The notes below the pieces were generated by a model. That model did no database searches, had not been told where the DNA came from, and saw only the letters and a program-made list of their open reading frames with translations. 24,000 bases of DNA. Origin: Pseudomonadota bacterium (lineage in GTDB: Bacteria > Pseudomonadota > Gammaproteobacteria > Xanthomonadales > Ahniellaceae). Below, piece by piece: positions 8,339-14,552 of the stretch. A program made the translations under genes and the position numbers. Numbering within the stretch: position 1 is the first letter of the stretch; the number at the start of each line of letters is the position of its first letter. The stretch lies in NCBI GenBank assembly GCA_034440555.1, contig JAWXCG010000113.1:11016-35015 (forward strand), read 5' to 3'.

Positions 8339-8779
8339 TTATGCGCGAGCGCGCGGCGCGGGCTTGCGGGTGCTCGCCTTGATTTCCTTGTTCAACTCGC
8401 TGACACGCGTCAGCAACTCTTGAACGTCGCCCTTGGACGGTACGCCGAAACGACCGAGTACCGAGCCGACTCCATCACTGATGCTGGCTTCGAACTGCTG
8501 CACGTTTTTCAGCGCACGCTGCTTATAAGGGGTAACCAGACCAATAACCTGTTTGCGCACGCCGCTGACGGCCTTGCGCGCATCGTTGTTGACGGTCCGG
8601 ACGGCCTTGCGGGTACGCGCCTGGAAGCTTTCGCCCTCAGCCACGAGCGTATCGATCGCCTTCTGACCCTGCTTCTGCACCAGGGAGACAGCACCCAATC
8701 CTGCGAGGATGAACTTGCTGGTGGCTTGGTTGATTTGTGTCGATTTGGAGGACTTGGCGAGCTTGGATGAATTGCGCAT
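8339..8779 (-). CDS. Phasin, PhaF/PhaI-type poly(hydroxyalkanoate) granule-associated protein family
   Basis: 146 aa with a GGAG SD 7 nt upstream. ILAGLGAVSLVQKQGQKAIDTLVAEGE and RFGVPSKGDVQELLTRVSELNKEIK match the conserved N-terminal phasin domain of PhaF/PhaI (compare RLGVPSRNEIKALHQQVDSLTKQIE in PhaF, from memory). It lacks the AAKP-repeat histone-like tail of PhaF. Confidence 0.88.
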   Translation of the reverse strand: MRNSSKLAKSSKSTQINQATSKFILAGLGAVSLVQKQGQKAIDTLVAEGESFQARTRKAVRTVNNDARKAVSGVRKQVIGLVTPYKQRALKNVQQFEASISDGVGSVLGRFGVPSKGDVQELLTRVSELNKEIKASTRKPAPRARA

Positions 8780-9013
8780 GACGATGCTCCTGCAAAAATC
8801 GCGAACGATGCAGTCGTATGACTGCTAACCCTCGATCGCGTTGGACTACAATTTAGGAACAGGTGCTAGAACAATCACACTATGGCGGACATCGCGGGAA
8901 AGCCGCGAGTCGCGATTGTGCAGTATCAGGGCAGTATTGATCACCACGGCCAGACAATGACTAGCGCTGCCGTTCGATCACAGCACCCGCGAAGGCGTGC
9001 GATTGTTCAGGCA

Positions 9014-9808
9014 TCAGCCAACGCTTAGCGCGGTGCGCCACGCTGCGTAACCATTGCGCCAGGCATCGACGCGCGATTTCGGGTTGCCTAGCTGTTGCAG
9101 TTCGCGCACAGCGATGACGGTGAGCACACGCGCACCGCGCTGCTGTGTCCAACTCAGTGCGGGTGTACGTTCCAACGCGCCGCGCAAGGCGACACCGACC
9201 TCGCGTGCCCCGTCAATCGCGATGCGGCGTGCCGATTCCTGCGCCGCGTTTCCCGGTAGAATCTGATGGCGCGCACGAGCGTCAAGCGGCGTGCTGGACA
9301 ACGCAGCCGACTGCGCCGACCACAGCGCAGCCAGATGTCGGCTGGCAACCAATGCCGTCCAACACTGTGTTCCTACCTGGATCTGCTCCGGCGCGCGTGA
9401 CTCAGATGGATTGGAGCGCTCCGGCGCAAACGCACCGGCGATCTCTGCACCAATTCTTGTGTATGCCGTGTATCGTTCCGGCCAGTCAGCAATCTGGATA
9501 TTTTCGCGCTCGCGCAACAAGTTCAGCAGTGGTACTGCAACCGTCTCGAGGCGTAGATGCGCGCTGATCGGGTGCTGCCCCTGCCCTAGTAAAATGCGTT
9601 CCCATTCCTCGGCCCACCAGCCCAGCTTTGCGCTGGTCACGCGTTCGTCGCTGGCGCGCCAGATGGCGTCGCACCACTCCATCACCAACACCGAGCGTGC
9701 GAGCAAACGCGCAGCTTCGTCGCGCGATGCGTACAACTCAGCCAGGGCCAACGCCGGAAAGGCATCGCGCCATGGCGCGATGAAACTGCTGAACGTCGCT
9801 GCTGTCAT
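9014..9808 (-). CDS. Conserved hypothetical protein, squalene/phytoene-synthase-like all-alpha fold without Asp-rich catalytic motifs
   Basis: Track ORF 9014..9916 (-). I place the start at ATG 9808, which overlaps the upstream gene's TGA in an ATGA junction (9808-9805). This gives 264 aa. The pattern LAELYASRDEAARLL...SDERVTSAKLGWWAEEWERILLGQGQHPISAHL resembles the N-terminal helices of phytoene/squalene-synthase family proteins. I find no DxxxD/DxxED motifs. The functional call is weak. Confidence 0.6.
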   Translation of the reverse strand: MTAATFSSFIAPWRDAFPALALAELYASRDEAARLLARSVLVMEWCDAIWRASDERVTSAKLGWWAEEWERILLGQGQHPISAHLRLETVAVPLLNLLRERENIQIADWPERYTAYTRIGAEIAGAFAPERSNPSESRAPEQIQVGTQCWTALVASRHLAALWSAQSAALSSTPLDARARHQILPGNAAQESARRIAIDGAREVGVALRGALERTPALSWTQQRGARVLTVIAVRELQQLGNPKSRVDAWRNGYAAWRTALSVG

Positions 9809-10481
9809 GGCGGGCGAATGGTATTCGCGGAGGCGTCGAGCCAGTCTATGAGTTGCGCCGGTCGATCGATAACCGCGTCGGCATTCCAGGCATCTGGGTT
9901 TTCGTCGTCCCCGCAATATCCGAAACGCGCCGCGACCGAGCGCGTCCCAGCGGCGCGAGCCGCTTCGATATCGCGCGCATCGTCGCCAACCATGACGGCC
10001 TGCGCTGGATCGACACCGAGAAGGCGGCAGGCCTCCAGTACGGGCGCAGGATGCGGCTTCTTGTCGGGCAGCGAGTCACACCGCAGATCACCACCCCAAA
10101 TCGCTGCGCGAGCCGGGTTTCGATCAGCACCGGCTGGGTCAGCCAAGCCGGTTTGTTGGTGACGATGGCGAGTGCCACACCGCGCCTTTCGAGCGTCAAC
10201 AATGTTTCCTCGAAGCCATCAAACAAGACCGTGTCAACCACGATCTGCTCGCGATAGAGGTCCAGAAAAGGTTGCAGCAACGGCTCGCGCGCAGCATCGT
10301 CCCAGTCCGGAAACGCTGCATTGATCATCGCGCGCCCCCCTTTGGAAACATACGGTCGCACCTGTGCCGTAGGTACCGCCGATAAATGGTGCAGCGCGCG
10401 CAGTCGGTTGACGGCGCGGATCAGGTCGGGCGCGGTATCGAGCAACGTGCCATCGAGATCGAACAGGACCGCTCGAATCAT
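9805..10481 (-). pseudogene. HAD-IA phosphatase, MupP/Gph-like (N-acetylmuramate-6-phosphate / phosphoglycolate phosphatase family), interrupted by a 1-nt frameshift near 10075-10086
   Basis: The N-terminal part is read in one frame from ATG 10481: MIRAVLFDLDGTLLDTAPDL...AIVTNKPAWLTQPVLIETRLAQRFGVVICG. The C-terminal part is in the -1 frame: (C)DSLPDKKPHPAPVLEACRLLGVDPAQAVMVGDDARDIEAARAAGTRSVAARFGYCGDDENPDAWNADAVIDRP, ending at TGA 9807-9805. Both halves carry the expected HAD motifs: DxDGT, TNK, KKP, GDDxxD. The start overlaps the ubiG stop (ATGA at 10481-10478) and the stop overlaps the next gene's start. The cause could be a genuine mutation or an assembly error. Confidence 0.75.
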
Positions 10482-11173
10482 TCGACGCGTTCCGCAAACG
10501 CTAGGTAGTTGACGGCGACGTCGGTATTGCGCCAAGCCCGCCGTGAAAATGGCTCATAGTGCAGGCCTTCCAGCGCGCGCAGTTCGAAGCCGTTATTGCG
10601 CAATCCTTTGGCCAGTTCACTGGGTTTGAGAAACAGGTTGTAGCGATGTGTGCCCTTGGGCAGCAGGCGCAGTAGATGCTCGGCGCCGACGATCGCCAGT
10701 GCGAAGCTGCGTGCATTGCGGTTGATCGTCGACAGGAACAGCTTGCCGCCCGGCTTCAGCAACGCGCGGCAATCGGCGAGGATGGATTCCGGTTCTGGTA
10801 CATGTTCGAGCATCTCCATGCAGGCGATCGCGTCAAACTGCTCTCGATGCTGTTCGCACAGCACATGTGACGAAACCTTGCGATAATCGATGTCGATCCC
10901 CGCTTCAAGTGCATGCAGGCGGGCGATGTCGATCTGTTCCGAGGAGAGATCGATCGCAGTGACGGTCGCACCCGCGTCCGCCAGCGCCTCCGACAGAATG
11001 CCGCCGCCGCAGCCGAGGTCGAGCAGACTCGATCCCTTAAGAGTCATGCGTTCGCGCATGAATTCCAGCCGTTGCGGATTGAGATCGTGCAACGCGCGCG
11101 ATGGGCCATTGCGGTCCCACCATGATGCGGCCTGCTGATCGAACTTTGCGATTTCTTTTGGGTCGACGCTCAT
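10478..11173 (-). CDS. ubiG: Bifunctional 3-demethylubiquinol 3-O-methyltransferase / 2-polyprenyl-6-hydroxyphenol methylase
   Basis: 231 aa. FDQQAASWWDRNGPSRALHDLNPQRLEFM, SAM motif LLDLGCGGGILSE, ACMEMLEHVPEP, LSTINRN. This is the typical UbiG length and set of sequence blocks. Confidence 0.93.
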   Translation of the reverse strand: MSVDPKEIAKFDQQAASWWDRNGPSRALHDLNPQRLEFMRERMTLKGSSLLDLGCGGGILSEALADAGATVTAIDLSSEQIDIARLHALEAGIDIDYRKVSSHVLCEQHREQFDAIACMEMLEHVPEPESILADCRALLKPGGKLFLSTINRNARSFALAIVGAEHLLRLLPKGTHRYNLFLKPSELAKGLRNNGFELRALEGLHYEPFSRRAWRNTDVAVNYLAFAERVE

Positions 11174-11176
11174 TCT

Positions 11177-11204
11177 TATGTACTCATTTCACGTATGTAC
11201 TCAT
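11177..11204. repeat. Exact 11-bp direct repeat TATGTACTCAT x2 (17-bp period) in the AT-rich 47-bp spacer just upstream of ubiG
   Basis: Copies at 11177-11187 and 11194-11204. On the coding (minus) strand this reads ATGAGTACATA-N6-ATGAGTACATA-aga-ATG(ubiG). Function unknown. Confidence 0.5.
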
Positions 11205-11220
11205 CTCAGCTCATTGCCCA

Positions 11221-12552
11221 TCATTTACCCAGGCCGGCTCGGATGCGCTCGCCCCATGCGCGTGCCAGCAGTGCCAACTCCTGCGTGTCCATGTCGACCA
11301 ACATACCGGCATCGAGCTTGCGCTGTCCTGCCACCCACACGTCACTGACATCGCGACGGTTGCTGGCGTACACCACGTGCGAGATCGCGTTGTACACCGG
11401 CAGCGTGTCGAACTGATCGAGCCGCAGCGTGGTCAGGTCAGCAGCTTTGCCAATTTCGATGGAACCGATTTCTGTTTCCAGACCGAGCGCGCGGGCACCG
11501 CCCAGAGTGGCCATGCGCAAGGCACTGGCGGCATCGAGCGCCGCAGCATCGTTGGCGACTGCTTTGGCGAGTAAGGCCGCGGTGCGCATCTCGCCAATCA
11601 GATCGAGATCGTTGTTGCTGGCGCAGCCATCTGTGCCGAGTGCCAGGTTGATCCCCGCCCTGCGCATTTTCTCGATTGGCGCAAATCCGCTGGCGAGCTT
11701 GAGGTTGGACTCGGGGCAGTGCGCGACGCTGATGCCGGCTTCGGCGCAGAATGCGATTTCAGAATCATTGAGCTGGGTCATGTGCACTGCGATCAGATTG
11801 CGGTTGAGCAGTCCCAGGCGCCGCAGGCGAGAAAGCGGCCGTTCACCATGTTTGGCAAAAGCATCCTCAACCTCGAATGCGGTCTCGTGCACATGCACGT
11901 GCACCGGAATATCCAGCTGGTCCGAGTACATGCGGATTCGTTCGAAGCTGGCATCGCTGACGGTGTATGGCGCGTGTGGCGCCCAGGCTGGACGCAAAAG
12001 CGGATTGCCCTTGATCTGATCGTAGACCGCGAGACATTTTTCAAAGTACTCGTCGGCGCTGCTCGCCCACGCGGTTGGAAATTCAATAACCGTCAATCCG
12101 ATGCCGGCGCGTATGCCGATCTCGGAGAACACCGCGGCGGCGACTTCGGGAAAAAAATACATTTCGTTGACACAGGTCACACCACCGCGCAATAACTCGG
12201 CAGCCGCGAGTCGGCAGCCATCGCGGACCAGATCGGCGCCGACGAACTTGGCCTCGGCGGGCCAGATATGCCCCTGCAGCCAGGTCATCAATGGCAAATC
12301 GTCGGCAATGCCGCGCATCAATGTCATCGCCGAATGGCAGTGGATGTTGATCAGTCCAGGCAGTAACACGTGCCCCGGACGCGAGACGGTCTGAGCCGCC
12401 TGGTACTTTGCACGCGCCGCAGCCTGAGGCAGCACGTCCAAAATGCGTCCGGCGTGAACAGCGACCGCATGCTGTTCCAAAACGACGCCGTGTGGCTCGA
12501 CCGGAATCACCCACTCGGCTTCGATGATCAGGTCGACGACTTGAGGTGCCAT
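11221..12552 (-). CDS. mtaD: TRZ/ATZ-family amidohydrolase, 5'-methylthioadenosine/S-adenosylhomocysteine deaminase-like
   Basis: Track ORF 11221..12600 (-). I place the start at ATG 12552 (MAPQVVDLIIEAEWVIPVEP...), which has an AAGGAA SD. This gives 443 aa. Metal-binding motifs: LINIHCHS (HxH), HVHVHETAFE, VAHCPESN, LGTDGCASNN. The position next to ubiG and a mupP-like gene matches the arrangement I recall in Pseudomonas. Confidence 0.85.
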   Translation of the reverse strand: MAPQVVDLIIEAEWVIPVEPHGVVLEQHAVAVHAGRILDVLPQAAARAKYQAAQTVSRPGHVLLPGLINIHCHSAMTLMRGIADDLPLMTWLQGHIWPAEAKFVGADLVRDGCRLAAAELLRGGVTCVNEMYFFPEVAAAVFSEIGIRAGIGLTVIEFPTAWASSADEYFEKCLAVYDQIKGNPLLRPAWAPHAPYTVSDASFERIRMYSDQLDIPVHVHVHETAFEVEDAFAKHGERPLSRLRRLGLLNRNLIAVHMTQLNDSEIAFCAEAGISVAHCPESNLKLASGFAPIEKMRRAGINLALGTDGCASNNDLDLIGEMRTAALLAKAVANDAAALDAASALRMATLGGARALGLETEIGSIEIGKAADLTTLRLDQFDTLPVYNAISHVVYASNRRDVSDVWVAGQRKLDAGMLVDMDTQELALLARAWGERIRAGLGK

Positions 12553-12634
12553 GAGTTCCTTGGTGCTGCATTGCAGGGGGAAGTGGGCCCTGGGCATCAC
12601 AGCAGGACGCGCCCCGCTGCGATGTCGCTAGCTG

Positions 12635-13201
12635 CTATTTGACACGATTCATGTACTCGCCGGTGCGAGTGTCGCACTTGACGATTTCACCTTGTTGCAC
12701 GAAAAGCGGCACGCGTACTACCGCACCCGTCTCCAGCTTGGCTGGCTTGCCACCCCCGCCGGAAGTGTCGCCGCGCACGCCCGGATCGGTTTCGACAATC
12801 AGCAGTTCGACAAAAGTTGGCGGCGTTACCGTCAACGGCGCGCCATTCCACAACGTCACCATGCACACTTCATTGCCCTTGACCCATTTTGCGGCCTCGC
12901 CCATGGCGCTGGCATCAGCTGACATCTGTTCGTGGTTTTCCTGACTCATGAAATGCCAGAACTCGCCGTCGTTGTACAGGTACTCCAGATCGGTATCCAT
13001 CACGTCAGCGGCTTCGAGCGCGTCTGTAGTCTTCATGGTTTGCTCCATGATGCGACCGGTCTTGATGTTGCGATACTTGACGCGAGTGAAGGCTTGGCCC
13101 TTACCCGGTTTGACGTATTCGGTATCGATGATCACGCAGGGAGCGCGATCGACCATGATCTTCATACCGTTCTTGACGTCATTCATGCCATAGCTGGCCA
13201 T
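12635..13201 (-). CDS. efp: Translation elongation factor P
   Basis: 188 aa from ATG 13201 with a GGAGA SD: [50 protein letters not shown]... It has the PGKGQAF loop with the modifiable Lys. The longer 415-aa track ORF is an artefactual 5' extension. Confidence 0.95.
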   Translation of the reverse strand: MASYGMNDVKNGMKIMVDRAPCVIIDTEYVKPGKGQAFTRVKYRNIKTGRIMEQTMKTTDALEAADVMDTDLEYLYNDGEFWHFMSQENHEQMSADASAMGEAAKWVKGNEVCMVTLWNGAPLTVTPPTFVELLIVETDPGVRGDTSGGGGKPAKLETGAVVRVPLFVQQGEIVKCDTRTGEYMNRVK

Positions 13202-13220
13202 GCGAATCTCCAAATGCGAA

Positions 13221-13277
13221 AAGCCGCTGGCAACGCGGCTGAAAATGTTAAGGCCGCAGGCAACACGGCTAGAATGT
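13221..13277. repeat. Imperfect tandem repeat (~29-30 bp x2) in the efp/epmB divergent intergenic region; the second copy carries a TAGAAT -10-like hexamer
   Basis: R1 at 13221-13248 is AAGCCGCTGGCAACGCGGCTGAAAATGT. R2 at 13251-13277 is AGGCCGCAGGCAACACGGCTAGAATGT. Each copy contains a small inverted repeat (GCCGC...GCGGC / GCCG...CGGC). TAGAAT lies at 13270-13275, about 50 nt before the epmB ATG. Confidence 0.5.
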
Positions 13278-13324
13278 CGAGTAATGAAAGACTGCCGAGC
13301 CGGGTACCCCGGCATGACCCGCCC

Positions 13325-14377
13325 ATGATAGCCGCAACACCGATCGATGCCCATGCGCCGGACTGGCGTCGTGAATGGCGTGAGGCTGTAACCGATCCGC
13401 ATGAGTTGCTGCGCTTGCTGGGTCTCGATGCGCTTGCCGACCGAATCAGCCTTCCGCCACGCGACGGATTTACGCTGCGTGTGCCGCACAGTTTCGTTGC
13501 GCGTATGCGCCGCGGCGACGCTGCAGATCCCCTGTTGCGCCAAGTATTGCCGTTGATCGAAGAGGAACTGCCGGTTGCCGGCTACGACCTCGACGCGGTC
13601 GGCGATTTGGACAGTCGCGCGCAGGCAGGAGTGCTGCATAAGTACGAGGGACGCGCGCTGCTGATCACCACCGGCAGTTGTGCCGTGCACTGTCGCTACT
13701 GCTTCCGACGTCATTTTCCTTATGCCGACGAGACCGCTGCGCGCGATCGCTGGAAAACGGCGATCGCGCATTTGCGTTCGGATACCTCGATCAGTGAAGT
13801 CCTGCTCAGTGGCGGCGACCCGCTGTCGTTGGCCACGCACCGCCTGAAGGAACTGACCGATGCGCTCGCACTGATTCCCCACGTCCGCAGGTTACGCCTG
13901 CACACGCGTTTGCCGATTGTTTTGCCCGCGCGGGTTGATGTTGAATTGTGCGACTGGATCAGCGCACTACCCTGGCCCGTAGCCATTGTCGTGCATGCCA
14001 ATCACGCCAACGAAATCGACGGATCGGTTCGCACCGCATTGCGTCAACTGCGCGACACCGGTGCCACGCTGCTCAATCAGAGTGTGCTGTTACGCCATGT
14101 CAACGATAGTGTGGAAGCCTTGGCCGAGTTGTCTGAAACGCTGTTTGAATCCGCCGTGCTGCCCTATTACCTGCACTTGTTGGACCGGGTTCAGGGGACG
14201 GCACACTTCGATGTTCCCGAGGAGACAGCGGTCGCCATCGAGCGCTCGCTGCGCATGCGCCTGCCGGGGTATCTGATGCCGCGTTGGGTGCGAGAGATCG
14301 CGGGCGAGCCCTTCAAAACGCCGATGGCGGAGTTGTCGAGGCAGCCGCCTGCGCCGCGCTCTGCGGGCGCACCTTAA
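13325..14377 (+). CDS. epmB: EF-P beta-lysylation protein EpmB (lysine 2,3-aminomutase-like radical SAM enzyme)
   Basis: Track ORF 12932..14377 (+). I place the start at ATG 13325 ([34 protein letters not shown]), giving 350 aa. It has the radical-SAM cluster motif [11 protein letters not shown], plus LLSGGDPL and the PYYLH block. It is divergent from efp, the classic efp/epmB (yjeK) arrangement. Confidence 0.9.
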   Translation: MIAATPIDAHAPDWRREWREAVTDPHELLRLLGLDALADRISLPPRDGFTLRVPHSFVARMRRGDAADPLLRQVLPLIEEELPVAGYDLDAVGDLDSRAQAGVLHKYEGRALLITTGSCAVHCRYCFRRHFPYADETAARDRWKTAIAHLRSDTSISEVLLSGGDPLSLATHRLKELTDALALIPHVRRLRLHTRLPIVLPARVDVELCDWISALPWPVAIVVHANHANEIDGSVRTALRQLRDTGATLLNQSVLLRHVNDSVEALAELSETLFESAVLPYYLHLLDRVQGTAHFDVPEETAVAIERSLRMRLPGYLMPRWVREIAGEPFKTPMAELSRQPPAPRSAGAP

Positions 14378-14552
14378 CGCCTGACCATCACGGCGCGAGC
14401 CCCTTTTACATCGGCGCCGCATTTATCCAGCGAGCGCGTCACGCTTACTCACATCTGCTTCGACAAATCGTGTCAACGCCATTGATCGTCGAAATGCTGG
14501 CGCCCGACGGGGCTGATGGGGTACAAAGAGCGCCCCTGGATCGTGAATCGTT

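Noticed and set aside
8912-9010. GCGATTGT(G/T)CAG motif occurring twice upstream of the phasin gene (8912-8924 and 8998-9010), with GCGATTGT again in the rhlE-downstream hairpin loop (19013-19020)
   Set aside because: The matches are short (8-12 nt) and the contexts differ. I cannot distinguish them from chance without a genome-wide motif count, so they are not raised to a finding.
10060-10100. Programmed -1 ribosomal frameshift in the HAD phosphatase gene
   Set aside because: There is no X XXY YYZ slippery heptamer in the correct register at the frame junction (cga ttt ggg gtg gtg atc tgc ggt gtg act). No downstream pseudoknot or hairpin is evident. A simple 1-nt indel is the better explanation.
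13221-13277. Sigma-54 promoter in the GGCAAC-containing repeats
   Set aside because: The GG-N10-GC spacing of the -24/-12 consensus is not met. After the GG of TGGCA the required GC position reads GA in copy 1 and AG in copy 2.
12635-14377. The long track ORFs 12635..13882 (-) of 415 aa and 12932..14377 (+) of 481 aa, taken at face value
   Set aside because: Each is a real gene (efp, epmB) with an artefactual 5' extension running antisense through the other gene. Internal ATGs with an SD (efp) or with an N-terminus and length matching homologs (efp, epmB) give 188-aa and 350-aa products. The same logic was used to trim 354..1865, 4825..6906, 9014..9916, 9846..10535, 11221..12600 and 20217..22439.
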